Below are positions 13,120 to 27,644 of a DNA stretch of 64,000 nucleotides, in pieces (within the stretch, counting starts at the first letter, position 1; every line of letters begins with the position of its first letter). The notes under the pieces are model-generated. The model made no database searches, was not told the DNA's origin, and saw only the letters and a program-made list of their open reading frames with translations. Position numbers and translations under genes: made by a program. The stretch comes from Lingula anatina (taxonomy: Eukaryota > Animalia > Brachiopoda), in NCBI GenBank assembly GCA_051362555.1, contig CM120644.1:15212534-15276533 (forward strand), written 5' to 3'.

Positions 13120-14507
13120 CTTGCCTGAGGTGATAACGATAAAATAGAGCTTGAACTCTTGAAAGAAATGAGATTATAAGCCGTCATCGCACTGGGTGGT
13201 TTTAAATCGTACATGTAAGCCACGGTGAACGACAATTCGGATTTGAAATATTTCCCAGATATTTTTTTTTTCTGGAAGACGTAATGAAATTCTAAGTTAC
13301 ATAATCAGCCGATAACAGAAGGATCTTTCAATTGCCTGCTGAAACCAGATTAATTGATTCTTTTTTTTTTTTTTTTCACCGCGACAGTTGAAAAGAAAAT
13401 GGGAATAGAACTGCGTAGTCCTTTTCAGCAAAAACGAATATCTGTAAGTAACACATACATTTTAAACTAGTGCATAAAAAAGATATCTCGATTGCATTTT
13501 TTTCTCGGTTATTTAAAAATAGTGTTCTCAACCCTCTCGTTTTATTCTATTTTATTTTATTTTATTTATTTATTTTTTTGTCTGCCTCTTCTGTAAGAGG
13601 AATAGGCATGCTGAAGTGATGGGAAAATGCGATATAAACCTCAATGATATTTACCGGGCGGTATGTATGTTACAGCAAAGGCCAAAACTGTTATCGTCCC
13701 AGCAAATATAGGATTAAACGAATATAATTTCTAAACGTTTCTGTCAAAGTCAACAATAGCGGATCATTAAAATTAGTTTTGCTTAATAATCTGCATTCAG
13801 AAGAGGAAAAATAAACAGGACACAAAAGCATGCAAACGGGACATATATTTACAGGTCCATAACTACACCAAGAACAGTGCTACTGAAGAGTGTTACACAT
13901 AGACATATAAACCCATATACCTAGGCCGTTACATGCGCCAGCTGGTTGGCAATAAAATTATCAAATTACATCAAATTACAAGTGCCAATAATGAGGAAAA
14001 CAAAGCCACAAAACATGCAAACGGACAATCTTTTTTCTGTCAATTTATCCTTTTTAATATTTTCAAACTTTGTAACGGAGTTATGACAGTCACGCAATTA
14101 TTGTATTATGACAAGTGACTGATGACGAAAACAGAACGATGCATGTATATTTGGAATACAGATGAGCGGGCACCATAGTGCTTTTGAGAGATAACTACGT
14201 AGTGTAGCTTCTTCGCATTCCTTATAGAAAAATTTAGATGAAATGAGATGCACAATTATCGCGTAAAAAAAGGTCGATACAGTCCCCTGCCATATTACAA
14301 AGCAGAAAATTGCAACAGCAAAAAAAAACGATAGATAGATAGATAGATGAATGGTTGGATGGATAGAAAAGGCGCGTGTCCCTGTATAATCCACCTAAGT
14401 TGATTTGAAGATTTTCCTCCCAACTGCTACAAACTTCTAAACTACTCCTCTTGTGCATGTCAGCAATGTGCGCCGTGTAAAGGCACGCGGTTTTAGCAGC
14501 ACGCGAA

Positions 14508-14563
14508 GACCAATCAGGACTTGGCTATTGCGGAAATTCCTGGATTTTTCTATTTCCAAGAAA
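14508..14563. promoter_or_regulatory. Candidate kB + STAT(GAS) + CCAAT module, copy 2
   Basis: CCAATCAG ~14510, GGAAATTCC 14532-14540, TTCCAAGAA 14554-14562. Confidence 0.35.
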
Positions 14564-14985
14564 TTTGACTGAGGTGATAACGATCAAATAGAGCTGGAAC
14601 TCTTTTGGGCAATGAAATTATAAACAGTCATTGCACTGGGGGCGGTTTTAACTAGTTAATCTATGATTACAATGCAGGTTGGGAATATTTTCGAGTTAAA
14701 TACTTGGAAAGTGTGATGAAATTGTAAATTGTATAATAGGCTGATAATCGAGGGATGATTCAATTTCTTGCATGCCTGAACCAGATAATTTTTTCTTTAT
14801 TTCTGCCGGGACAGTTGAAAAAATGTGACTAGAACTGAGTACAGTCTTTTTTTTTTAGCAAAGACAAGTTACAAAAAGATGTCTAGTGAGCAAGAGCGAA
14901 CAAAAACTGGCGCATGAAAGAGATATCTCAATTGCATTTTTTTCATTGTATTTGTAATAATTGTCTCGATTCTCTTGCTTTGTTT

Positions 14986-15032
<47 letters not shown>

Positions 15033-15035
15033 TTA
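14986..15035. repeat. (ATTT)n microsatellite
   Basis: Direct reading. Confidence 0.9.
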
Positions 15036-15251
15036 TTTGGTAGAGGAAGAAAATACTTTAAGAGGCTAAAGGGGTGAGAACAAGCTTGTAAACCCAAATG
15101 GCGTGCTACAGCGGAGGGTAAAAAGGTTGTCAACCAAGCAAAGATGCCACTGCATGTAATTCACTTCCTAACAGTATTATAATAACCCTGTTCATTCATA
15201 TACTCAGATATGAGGATAGTGTTGCTATTTGACAAAATGACCTTCATCGTC

Positions 15252-15368
15252 AGATAGACAGATAGATATATAGATGTAGAAAGATAGATAGATACATGTA
15301 GATAGATAGATAGATACATGTAGATAGATAGATAGATACATGTAGATAGATAGATAGATAGATAGATA
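15252..15368. repeat. (TAGA)n microsatellite with interspersed TACATG
   Basis: Direct reading. Confidence 0.9.
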
Positions 15369-15419
15369 AGGTAGGCAGACCAACAGACAGACCAGCAAGG
15401 TACAGTTTTTGCGGCCTTA

Positions 15420-15577
15420 GACTGGGTTCCCATGCTTAGATCGATCCATCGAATTATTGCATTACCACCTAGCTGATTCGGTAGGCGTGACAGACATTTA
15501 AGCCGGTCGAGTTGACAGCAATTTAGTGAGACTCCCCAGGGAGTTAGATCGATCCAAATATATGTGGGAATGGTCCC
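15420..15577. mobile_element. Internally deleted Harbinger/Tourist-like MITE, TTA TSD
   Basis: tta|gactgggttccc..tagatcgatcc...gatcgatccaaatatatgtgggaatggtccc|tta. Confidence 0.8.
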
Positions 15578-15808
15578 TTAGTCTCAGTTCCCAGAGCCCA
15601 CGGTATAGATTTAAATGGTGTTAACGACAGATGTGTTAGAGTTGCCAGGACATTTATACTTCACAGTTCACCTCTCGTTGTTGGGGTCGATATAATCACC
15701 CTACCGGGAAGACATTACGACTAACTAGGGAGTTAGATAGCGACGTAATTGACGTGCTTGTAAGGACAGAGTCCTTGTTACTCGGCCGGGGTCAAATTAC
15801 AATTTCAA

Positions 15809-15848
15809 ACACACACACACACGCACGCACGCGCACGTACACACACAC

Positions 15849-15881
<33 letters not shown>
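15809..15881. repeat. (CA)n microsatellite
   Basis: Direct reading. Confidence 0.95.
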
Positions 15882-16203
15882 GCCCACTGCATGTCTTTAC
15901 CTTGAGCCCGACCATATAAATAATGCTTATTAACCCAGGCAAATCAGTTGCAAAAAAAAAATGGCCGACACTGCAATCGCACATATTTTCAGTACATGAT
16001 TGTGGATGTATCAGAAGTAGCCTAAGGACCTTCTGCAGCTAATTCAGCTGAGTTGTTGAAAGGGGTGCATATAGACTCCATGCATTCAGATCAACATTGT
16101 TGCGGTTTCTTAAGTAGCTGTTTTATCCAAACGTGCGGCAAACCATGCCAGAGAAATGCTTCCGTTTTTTATTGGAAAATTAGATGTGATATTCAGTCTG
16201 GTT

Positions 16204-16269
16204 CACACACACGCACACATACATATACACACATGCACACGTGTATGCACGCACATAAGCGGGCACATA

Positions 16270-16314
<45 letters not shown>

Positions 16315-16359
16315 ATTACACACACACACAAACTCTTTCTCTCTTTTCTCACACACGCA

Positions 16360-16435
<76 letters not shown>
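16204..16435. repeat. Compound (CA)n-(GA)n microsatellite
   Basis: Direct reading; explains the overlapping HT/ER/CV ORFs. Confidence 0.95.
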
Positions 16436-16437
<2 letters not shown>

Positions 16438-17761
16438 TACACAGATTCTTCTGATTCAGGTTGGGCGTATTGGTGGCACACCTCAACCAGCTTCTTATAC
16501 CGTAAGATCCCCTTTCTCCCCCTCTCATCAATATAACAAGCGGAATGTCAGAAAACTAATCAATCTATTATTCCTGCGCCTTACATAGAACATGAAAAAG
16601 AACATTAAAATTATCATTGTTCATATGAGATGATACCATACCAGCAAAATGATGGCTTTTCTGTGCAGAGGATTCGTACACTTTGACTATTTTCGTTCTA
16701 AATAAATCTGGGAATGAACTTGACTCCAAGCTATTTAGCTCTAAACAGTTTGACGTGTATTATCGAACATAATGTCTCTTAGACCTAATGACTAGAAAAC
16801 AGCTGTTGAAAATAATAACCAACCGATGTTAACAGGGCGTCTAACGATCCAGTGATTGCATTTATGACCTTGTGATTACATTTATACCCGCAATATTATT
16901 GTGTCTCACAGTAACGAGCAGTTACGCGAATATCGACAAATTGATTCCATTTTTTACGGTAATTCAAATTTCTGGGATAGCTATGGGAACAATCGTGAAA
17001 AATAAGCCGCGGCCTGTCACGAGATGTAGATGATAGGAAATGAAATTAATCGACGAAGGGAGAGATAATTCCGTAACAATTAAAACCCCGCTGTAAATTA
17101 CGTTGAAAGTAATGGGTGATCCAAAGTGTATTTCTGTTATTTTCACGAGAGCGCCCTGATCAATCAGCGGAGAAAAAAAAGCGAAGGATTGAACAACAGG
17201 AGGATATGAAAACTGTCAGATGTTTCAGTCATGAGGCGTGGTGAAGAACGGTTTTTTAATGATAATGCAACACAAGTGCACTGTAAGAGTGTACCTCACA
17301 ATAGTCGTAATATCTCATAGCCACACGTTAAAAGTAAAAAAAGCAACACAAAATGTTTTTTTCTCAAAAGGATGAAAAAGTTGACAAACACTGCAGACCA
17401 CGTCATCCCTCTATTCATATGATGTTCAATGCACAGTGACGCCCGGGTGAAGAAAAGTAGAGTCCGTGTGACTGAGATTTTAACCTCCATTAGCTCGGTA
17501 CAGGTCAGCGTCACACGGCGTATCTCTCCAATAAATAGGTCGAACCCTAAGAGGCCTTTCAAAAAAGATTATCCGCGGATCAAATATGGCGGTCCCTACA
17601 TAAAAGCAGAGCCTACTAATCCACTGATGGTCTCCCCCCCCCCCTCCCCGTACGCGCCATTAAACGAATGAAATCAAGGCTCCGGGGTTAAATGCTAGAC
17701 CCCTGCAGTGATGGCGTGTGTGGAGGCGGGGACACCATCAGTTACCTAACAGTGAGACATA

Positions 17762-17947
17762 GAGGACGTTCCCAGAGGTTTAGATCGATCTTACTAGATC
17801 GACCCAACTCCCTGGGGGGTTCACGTCAAATTGCAGTCATCCGACCGCGCACGGCAGTTTAATTACCCCCTTACAGCTTGTAGTAGGCGGGACGGACATT
17901 TAAGCCCGATTATCTGACAGTTAATCTTGTTGCGTGGTCCCCGCGGG
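17762..17947. mobile_element. Truncated Harbinger/Tourist-like MITE
   Basis: Homologous to 6632-6844 (ttcccagag..tagatcgatc..aattacccccttacag..gtaggcgggacggacattt); right TIR missing. Confidence 0.75.
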
Positions 17948-19281
17948 TAATCTATTTAGTGTCTAATTGTCAATTAAGAGGCAATCTTTTAAATGTTTCG
18001 ACATATTTGATCTGAGGGTCTGTTAGTTCGCTGTTCTGAATGCGCCTTTACATACGCGAGTACTTACTTGTCTGTGCGTGCTTGCGTGCCTATCTACGGC
18101 CGAGCATGCGTGTGTGTTCTAGATTGACCTCATGCTTCTGAACTTAAGATTAAAAAAAGATTATGCAATGGCATTTAACGTGATGCACGCCACAACACGC
18201 CCAAACGCACTAGCGCAACCTCTTTCCGCCCTGCATAATAATGATCAAAATGTGAAATTTAGCCAGCTTAACGTGAGAGACGCCTCTTCCCAACGGTTTT
18301 TCTAACATGATCACCGTGGGATATGTCGATTATAGGGTCTGGCCGCATCCAGGCGCGTAGAAAGCAATTTTAAACATGTTTCAAAGGGGGGGGGGGGGGG
18401 GGGGGGAGGGGGGCAGTCAGCATTCTCCCTCCACCCGCCCCAGCTCTTATGGCTACAAATACATCCTCATCTTAAACCCCAATAATACAACTTAGTTTCG
18501 AGGGTGTTCCTAACTCCCCCTAACCCACCTCTCCCAAAAATATAACAAACAAAACGAGACTAAACATTTTTTTCCAATCCACGTGCCCTACATATGGCTG
18601 TGCAACTGTCCACGTCTTCTATTTCACCGTTATCTCTCTTTGCTCGACAGAATAAACCTATTTTTCTGCCCCCCCTCTCCCACCCGACTTACCAGTGCAT
18701 GCTTCATTATTCGTCATTGCTTTTGTGCCTTTATTCACCAGTATATAAGGGTGTTTATTAGACTTTTAATGCATATGTTTAATTATTCATCCATTCAACT
18801 GAATCGTAAACACCGCATTTTTTGTGTAAATCCATCCAAACATATCTATTACTCAGATGTGCTTCGCTGACTGCATTCATCAACCATCATAATTACACCC
18901 TGAAACTTAATACTGATGTTGTGCATCGAATGACACCTCCAGATATCGAATTTGGTGTCCTCTTCATTTTGTTACGACAAGCAAGCCCCCTAGAGGGTTT
19001 GCATAATGCGCCTGACCGAATGAATATTTTCCTCTATCAGTTATTTTTCCTTTAACGTTAATGCCGAGTATTTGATGTAATACAACTCTCTGTTGATGAG
19101 AGAGACAGTACAGCGCAAGCAAGCATAACTATAAATCATATATGTGTCAACGCCATAATGGTGAGGCTAAAATGGTGCATCTTAATGAAATGCTTGTCTT
19201 TTTATAAGAATGTATATGGGTTGCTAAAGAGGATACAAATGACATGAATTTTGAAGTGGGATTGCAAATCAGTAAATACAT

Positions 19282-19283
<2 letters not shown>

Positions 19284-19328
<45 letters not shown>
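19284..19328. repeat. (GA)n microsatellite
   Basis: Direct reading. Confidence 0.95.
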
Positions 19329-19331
<3 letters not shown>

Positions 19332-22300
19332 GAAAAAAAAGAAAAAAGTACACAAGGTTGCAGCATGGGAGTTAATAGTATGTAACATAACAACAGAAGT
19401 CAGATTAATTCCCTTACCTTAACTAACTTGAAAAAATGCACAAGAAAAATACATTTCCAATCAGGCTCTGTCAACACAATTGCGGCACCACGGAACAGTT
19501 AATCACTCAAGCATCTCTCTGGAAAATCTCGAAAAATTATATTGAGCGCAAAAAAAATTGTGTTACATGATCACTGAAATCGCTGTTAATGTTCGCACAT
19601 CCTCAGCCTGTTAACCGACGTGCATCAAATCAGAAATCAGTGGCGGGTGACATTAACACAGCGTCGTTTCCTCGTCAAAAATGGTGATACTCGATCTGTG
19701 AGTTACGCCGCAAACCAACCAGTATTTGTAGAAACAGCTGAGACCGACTTTTATAACTCTTGTCGTTTTGACCCCTCGCCCTCGAACTGTTGCGCGGAAG
19801 TGAGTAGGATTGACGAACGAGAGCACGCGTTCTAGGCCAAGCTATGGAAAATCACAGTTTATTAGGAAAGTCGCAGTTGCGGGATACACGAATGAGTTGA
19901 CTTTTGACAGGTTTTTGAGGGGTAGAGATTAGTAAAGAGATTTAGTTATCTTAAAGTCATGGCTTGATTAGGATAGATAAAGAAATGAGGTTTGGAATGG
20001 TTAAGTAGATAATCAAAGAAATCGATAGATAGATAGATAAGCAAATATAAGCAAAAATAAGCAGCAGAGGTAAATAAAGGAATATGTCATGATTTACCAC
20101 TGAAAAATAGGAAAAAAAAATACTAAATTTTAAAACAAAAAGAGAAACAATGCACTAATAAAACAGTTTGACCTTACTGCGAATGTTTAAATCAAGGGAT
20201 GGGTTACATGTGCATGGGTAGATCTAAACTAACAATTGATTCATCTGTACTGTGACATGCATAAAGACTCTTGGTGTGCCAACTAACGATTTATCGGTGC
20301 TAAATTCCGGCGCAAACTACATCGGAAAGGCATAACGTGTGAAAGAGGGTTGTTTATAAGCAACATCGAGGACGAAGAGATGCCATAAATAACTAATAAT
20401 TGTCAGGATGACGCTGCATTTGATATCCGCGGATGCTAAATGGGGTTATTTCTTCTCTGTTAACCAGATACACGTATCAGCGTCTCGGTATGTGTTCGAA
20501 TTGTCTGTGTAAGTAATGGGATTCAGTAGGGATGCATATAAATATAGCGGCCTTGCATAAATGGGACACTTCGCCTACACTGAATCTGGTAACTGGGTGT
20601 GACGGGTCTACGCGCCAAACGGACAAAAATAGTTTAAGAAGTACCGGTAAATACAAATAAGTAAAGATCTAGCTTCGTTTCTTGCGTAAAGGGGGATTTT
20701 TTGTGTTTGAATTAAAAGAGAATGTTTGAATTTAATGGACATTACATGAATTAAAAATTTTCAGCATAACATCCATTATTTCGTTTATATATATATTGAT
20801 ATTCGAAATCACAACCTAATATCGAGTTTCTTTGATTCGGTTAGTGCATTTTAGTACGTTTGTGGAAGAAGTACCAAAGATACAAAAACATGTCAGCGTT
20901 CAAAATCAGTTATAATCAACAGTTTGGACATAAACCTCATTCGCCACAAAAAAATATATATCCCAGCAAACTGCTTTGTCACATTATTGAAGCAGTGAAA
21001 ATTGACTAGTTACATAAAAGGAGCATTAAAAAAGCCAATAACCAATAACCATTAAGCAAAAATACCGAGACAGTGTTAGAAGGTTCATGCAATATGTTAA
21101 TCCATTATTTTATTATTTAATTATTGCGTTGGCACAAAGGCGCTCACAGTCGAGACGTGGGTTGTCTTTTATCTTAAAAATGCATTTGCAGTCAATCTTT
21201 TGCCACAAAACCCGACCAAACACCACCTTACTGTTCCAAATATTTTAACTTAGCTAAATACTTAAGTGTATCGTTTCATATTTCCTAAAATTGATTTTTG
21301 AACGGCTACAGGTACATTATGCTTTCTTTCTGAGATATAAATATCCCTCAACAGCATCATGAACATTTGAATAAGAACATGGGTATTATATGCTATTGCG
21401 CTCCTAGCGGGTCTTTGTATGGTGGGCCAGATAGATACGTTTGACACAACCAAAATTTTTAAAGAAAGTGCCGTTTTAAAGTTCTTTTGGGCTGAGGGAG
21501 ATATTAATTTGGTTTACAATGTGACTTGGCATGTCGGTTTCTTACTTTTAGCCGTATAACAAATTTGTAGAAGTGGTTTATATGCGTTACTGGAAATCCA
21601 CGCTCGCTTTAAATGTATCATAAACCGGATTACAGACCTTTCCTTGTCAACATGTTTGTGTTTCTGTGGTACATTTTCATTGGTATTCAATAGAAAACAG
21701 GAAAACATAATCGCCTTACTTGCAGATCGGAATAAGACGCCTGGTTAATTAATGACACTCACTTACATGTATATAGCTGCTGTCTGACAATACTGGAGTG
21801 AAACAATGATGACGTTTTTACTGCATGTAGCAGTCTTAACTTTCGGGAAAAGGCGCTTGAATGCACTGCATCCATTTGCTCTAACTCTGCTAGACTGAAG
21901 GGGTGTAAAAGAATTGTGCAGGGGGCGTATTCAAGAGTCGGCATCCCGAAATATTCACTTTCACAAACTCATATATCTTTATATATTATGACATAGAATC
22001 ATTCAATTATGTTCAACTTCAATGTTCTATTTGTGAAAGCGTATTGAATAATATTTCATTGATTTAAACTTAAATGTTATTTTAAAGCTGGTCTGAAAGC
22101 CGCACATGCAATAATATTTTTGTGACTTTTTGCAAATGTAGAAAAAATGCCTGGGGTTTATGCTTCTTAATATAGACGAAATGTAATCACATGCACATGT
22201 ATTGTTGCGTCCAAACACACCGGATTAAAAAAAAAATGAAGTGCATCAAGGTACAAATGACGATAAAGTTTCTGTATTCTATTATATTTACAAGCGCTGC

Positions 22301-22636
22301 GTCTTTAATTTGCCTGGATTATATATATGCCTGGATTATTTCCAGTAGGCTATACATAGGCGTGTATTTCACCAGGTGCCTTTATGTTCAGAATTCATTT
22401 TATATACATCTAATTGAAATGAGGTTGTTGAATAAGTACGTACTACACTGTGTAGTACATAGCCTCCTTCTCCTGTTCTCCACTTCAATTTACATTGTAC
22501 TTTTGTTATCTTGATATCTTTTTCTTGCTATTCTTTCTCTCTCTTATATCATTATGCTCATCTTCTTCTTTTTCATTCTCTTTTTCGCTCGAACTTTGGC
22601 TTCACACTCGCTCATTTTTTCTTTCCGTCTCCCCCC

Positions 22637-22639
22637 CTC

Positions 22640-22689
<50 letters not shown>
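22637..22689. repeat. (CT)n microsatellite
   Basis: Direct reading. Confidence 0.95.
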
Positions 22690-22693
<4 letters not shown>

Positions 22694-23099
22694 TAGTCGA
22701 TCAAATATACAAGCCCACAAACATCAGAAAACAATTCGATAAACAAAAATAGACATCAAAGGACTAACTGCACTTTTAGGTTTATGATTAATGCATTTGG
22801 CTAATTCATTCATATCCCCTTTCTACTTCCTTGACTTAAACCAAAGACATACCAGTGCCCTAACTTAAGCCTGCACGCTCTCCGCTTTGACAATGTCATT
22901 TTTTATCTCATGATCTTATAAATTGTCGAGCCTTTTCTTCTTCTCCCTCGTTCGATCGCATAACTCCCTTTTCCTCATTTTCCTCTTATTCATCCCTCTT
23001 CTTCTTCTCTCTCGCTTTCTTACTTTTCTCTCTCGTTCTTTAGACTGAAGACTCATCATCAGACATATTTTGAACTTAAACATGCTTACTGCTTTGACC

Positions 23100-23472
23100 A
23101 TGAGAATTTTCTATCTCATATGTACTAGTATTGTAATCGTTGTGTTCTCTAGCTCTTACGTACTTTACTTTGCTGATGTTCAGACATGCCAATTTTCCAG
23201 ATCGCCTCAGTAGTTTCCCCATTTGCAAGGACATGTGTCTCCAAACATCCCGATTAAAAACAAAACTTCTGTCAGAAAATACTGACCGATCCATTTCACA
23301 TCTCATTCTATTATTTTCATTTATTTATACCCAGCCTTCCTGGGTCATATCTAGTTTCGGTGTTTCAAACTCAACCAAAGGCACTGAGACCTTTATTACA
23401 GTTTTAAAGGAACAGTTTTGCCATCGAGACATCATTTCTTTTCTTATCCTGTCCTGTTGCTTTATTATTGTC
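23100..23472 (-). mobile_element. Highly degraded LINE reverse transcriptase fragment (CR1/L2/RTE-like)
   Basis: Minus strand gives NNKATGQDK (cf. KAxGxD upstream of RT) and SLQMGKLLRRSGKLACLNISKVKY (cf. LQ..L..W...LNxxKxK); frameshifts and stops present. Confidence 0.4.
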
Positions 23473-24927
23473 ATGCTTAATCTAAGTACGACATGATGAT
23501 AAGTACTACCCAGGACCCAAAATATCTTTATCTTCTATCCTAGGTACAATTACGGACAAATATGCCTTAGTATCATAAGTAAGAGAATCACTCACATAAA
23601 TGACTAAATAAGAATTTTTGTCTTTATCTATGTATACATTTTAATCGTGAATCTTTCCCTATACCAAAGAGTTATATACTTTTTGCTTATACTCACTGTA
23701 GATTTACTCTTTGCGTATAATCGCTATTCTATGGCGTAATTGTGCAGTGGGTGTTGTAAGAACAATTCATATAAATTGAATGGCGTTGTTTTTTTTTTAC
23801 TGTGGTAAGTGATGACGAAACTGACTTAACAACAAATTTGCGTTTAGATTAAGTACATAGATCAAGTACGTAACAGATAACACACTCCATTAGTTGACAA
23901 CGTTTCTATTTCCTTTTGCTGGCAATAACAACAGAGAGCGCTGTCTCCCGGAAGAGCGGCGGGACTGACATAGCTACTTTTAACCCATTAAAGAGGCCAG
24001 CTTGAAAGAGACGCTTTTAACGTGGAATTGGCGCTTAACCGTTGATCTAACTTTGTTAGCCCAAGTGTGAAATAAGTACTGGCTTTATTACCACTTGTTA
24101 TCGCTGGGGTTTGTTTCAGATGTATTCCAAAGTTGTTGAGATTAGCGTTGAACCGCTTAAGTCAGAAAACTGCATATACCCAAAGTCGGCTCTTTGATAT
24201 TGGTCTACTAAGAGCTTTTAACATGATATGGTAAACGGTAGATGTACTCTGTTAGCTTGCTAAATTATTATAGTGGCGAAGAGAACTTGTTGAAAAAACG
24301 ACACTGAGGCTGCCAAAATTTTAATGGCTGTCGATCAATAGTACCATTTTTGTTTTGATGGGTTGACATCGACCATAACCAAAAGTGACATTTTTTAAAT
24401 AATATTATTATCATTTTTTTACATAATTTTGTATATTGATACATGTATCTATCAATTTATATTCTACCTGCGAAGCAACGAGCTTCAGAGCAACGAATGG
24501 CATTCTCCCCGGTGGTCAATACGTTAGTACACAAAGATGAAACGGATTTTCCGGTAAAGTAAAGTATGAAGACCTTGTTCAATCGACCCCAATTATGTTT
24601 TGCCAAGAACTCACTTCTTTGGACTATCCAAAAATGAAATAATTACAAAAGAAGGCACAAGCTGCAGCGGTTCACCGTCGCTTGAATAATTCTAGGAAGC
24701 AGTAAACAAATTAATGAGTCCTAGAATCATATCCACTGACAACATAAGGTGATTGACAGTGACCAAGAAGGACTCTACCAAAAAGTCCACGTGGACACTC
24801 ACATCAAAACGACAGGGGTGGTTCAAACAGTCCCTGGCTTAATGTCTACCTTGCATTTGAAGTTGGTAAAGGCAGTACGTGGCAGGGTAGGAGGAGGGGT
24901 ACAAATATATCTCCCCGTTAGAGCCTG

Positions 24928-25233
24928 TGTAACTGGTGTTCCGTGTAACAGAGAGTCCGCCCTGCTTTTAGTTATAATGTTTAGGGTTAGCCTGACCTAA
25001 GTAGGTCAAAATCTAGGGTAAGTTTCACCTGCACAAATGAATGGAAAGAGGACTCTCTATCATGGGGGGACTCTCTGTCACGAGACACCGGTATGACAGG
25101 AATAGTAGTTCACTAAGAAACGTAATCGGTTCCCCATTACTTTGTACGGGTGACATTCGTCCCATATATTTACCCCAAATGATATGTGATTCCGGACTTC
25201 CATTCCGAGGACAACTATTGCTGTCACACCTGG
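24928..25233. mobile_element. Two abutting short elements with terminal inverted repeats (24928-25089 and 25088-25233), of the TTAGGG-bearing families
   Basis: TIRs ggtgttccgtgtaacagagagtcc/ggactctctgtcacgagacacc and ccggtatgacaggaatagtagttc/ggacaactattgctgtcacacc; homologues at 32692-33152 and in esterase intron 1. Confidence 0.7.
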
Positions 25234-27507
25234 ATAATGACATCCCTTGATGACGACACTCGAGATAACATCCATATATTGGAAGTAAACAACAATTACA
25301 ATTTAGCTGTCGATTGCGGGAAATTACCGTTTTTTTTTTTTTTTCTAAAATACATGTACCACCAAGCAAATATACTACTATCATTATTTTTTTTTTCATT
25401 ATTTTTAATATTCGCACATTTTGTTCTTCGTCAGAACGTGCAGTCTAAAAAAGGGACACCATACAAGGAAAAAAAGGAATGTACACATATCACGTCCTGC
25501 TTCGTATAATAATAATAATAATAATAATAATGATGATGATAACCTATCAAGTGCTCTTTTTATATCACGACCAGATTTTATTTCCATTCTTTCGCAAGAC
25601 GGCTGTAGAAACCAAGGGCTTTCCAAGACAATGGCCAAGTCGGAGTAACAGTAGGAAAAATAACCCCAACAAATCCGAAGCTGTGATTTAACTTAATTGG
25701 CAACGCCGATTCCTCTCGTTGTATAATTAACGCCTTCCTGAACCTTGCATGAACCTATCAGTGATACAAATAAGAATATATTCTCAGTAATCCCCGACTG
25801 GGGTTTAGAAAATACTTTGAAGCAAACAAATGGTATGGAGGTGTTGAAGAACGCACAGAGCAGAGCTGGCTGTTTTCTCTGCCTGCATACTTGAAATTCG
25901 ATTAGCTGTTTTTCGAGGACGCGCCTATTCAGTCCTATCCAATTGTTTTCAAATTGTCAGAGAGAGAGAGAGAGACTACGGGTGCCCAACTGACATTTCC
26001 GTTTATTCGTTTTCTGAATACGAGTTTGTCCAATACTAGTTTTGAGCTCTTAATTTCAGATATTCTTAACCAACAAGTGTAATCAGAAGGACGCTGGGAG
26101 TGCCCTAGTATCTCTAGATCTACTGTAGGACTTCGATCTCCTGTACACAAACCCATTAAAGATTGACATGGCCTTCAAGAATATTCAGTAATTTGGCATT
26201 TGTAGTGTTTGTCTGTAGTATTACCAAAAAAAAAGGAGTCAATGCTAAGTAAGTCGTATCCAATAACAAATGCAACTTCTAAAGTGAAAAAAATCAATTA
26301 TTGATTAAAATGAGAATGAAGATGAGAAGAACAGAAAACAACGGGACCTCATTTATTCTGTTCTGCAATAAAACCAGGATATGTATAAAAAACAGTAAGA
26401 TGAAAAACCGTTGAAATAAGCACTCCTTTTTCACTTTATTAGTTAAAGAACGTCTCTTTTAATTTTCTTCCAATAAACTTGCATTTTTCGCCTGGAAAAA
26501 AATCCGAATATGTATGACAAAAGCGTCCGCTTCTTCAGCTTGTCTGGAGCTCCTTGTTCCAGCGAAACTAGACACTAAAACAGATCGAAAACAAGACCCA
26601 AAATACGACTCTAGCGGTTTCCTTAATTATCTTTCGATTGTCTTTCCTAAACCAACATCCCTCGCGGTTTCGTAGCCTAGCATATATTTCCCCTCCTAGC
26701 GGATTTAGAAGCTACGAAAAGACATAAAATACGAGAAAAACAACGCCTATCACGTTTAAATACTCAACCGTACAATTTCCAGAGATCAGGGAAAGATTGA
26801 TGTTGATATCATTTCCTTTTTGCCATTGATAAATCGCTGTCAAATACGCTTAAGATATGACCGTTAATAAATATTTTATCTATTACAGCTTAATGAGGGT
26901 AAAGCTAATGACTCGTACATGAAAATATTTTCTCAATGGAATGGGCGGTTGCGGTTTGTCGTTGAGAGTGCACAGGATCGACTTTTTATCATTTTTTTTT
27001 TCGGCCACGTGTACTCACGCGTGAGAAGTTCTGTAGGCATATTTTTGACAAACCCGTTTTAAAAATTAAATATTAATCCAGTTTCCAATAATTAACGTGT
27101 TTGTGCCCTCGCACGTTTTAAGAAACGCACGACAATGGCCACGCACACGTTCAGTTCCGTGTTTCAGATCCCAGTGGTTCGGTTATTGGTTGAAATTTTG
27201 AAAGAAAAAGGTTAATGAACTTTTTATGCCCCCCCCCCCCCCATCTCGTTAACCTGGACCATGATGAAGGAAGTATGAGGTGTAATTTTTACCCCTAAGC
27301 TCTTCTAATTGACATAAATCGACACTGTATGCGTCCGCCGCTTTGTAAATCATCTTGTAACAAGACTGTTATCTAATATATCTTACGTAACTCTTCTTTG
27401 TCTTCGGTTTCTTTTTTCTTTTTCTCTGTTATACCATTACTTTCTCTCTCTCCCTCTCTCTATGTATCTTTCTATCCATATATCTATCCAGCTATTGCAC
27501 AAACAGT

Positions 27508-27543
27508 CACACACACACACACACGCACACACACACACACACA

Positions 27544-27627
<84 letters not shown>

Positions 27628-27644
27628 CACACACACACACACAC
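27508..27644. repeat. (CA)n microsatellite
   Basis: Direct reading. Confidence 0.95.

Larger units (their letters stand above)
12185..14950 (+). repeat. Local tandem duplication: unit A 12185-12450 (partial), unit B 12453-13510, unit C 13803-14950; ~100-bp inversion at the start of unit B
   Basis: cctaggccgttacatgcgccagctggttggcaata...gcaattattgtat shared between units; 12453-12556 is the reverse complement of 13803-13900. Confidence 0.85.

Noticed and set aside
16053-16536. Five overlapping ORFs rich in HT/ER/CV/SL (likewise 27398-27774, 22495-22752, 40362-40577, 15161-15433)
   Set aside because: Translations of dinucleotide and tetranucleotide microsatellites
6392-17947. Recurrent palindromic repeats as a possible CRISPR/REP-like array
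   Set aside because: Dispersed, with TIRs and 3-bp TSDs in eukaryotic DNA; no repeat-spacer periodicity or cas genes
20530-20655. TATA-like box followed ~100 nt later by a GT donor (possible non-coding first exon)
   Set aside because: Such motifs are frequent in AT-rich DNA and no downstream exon could be linked
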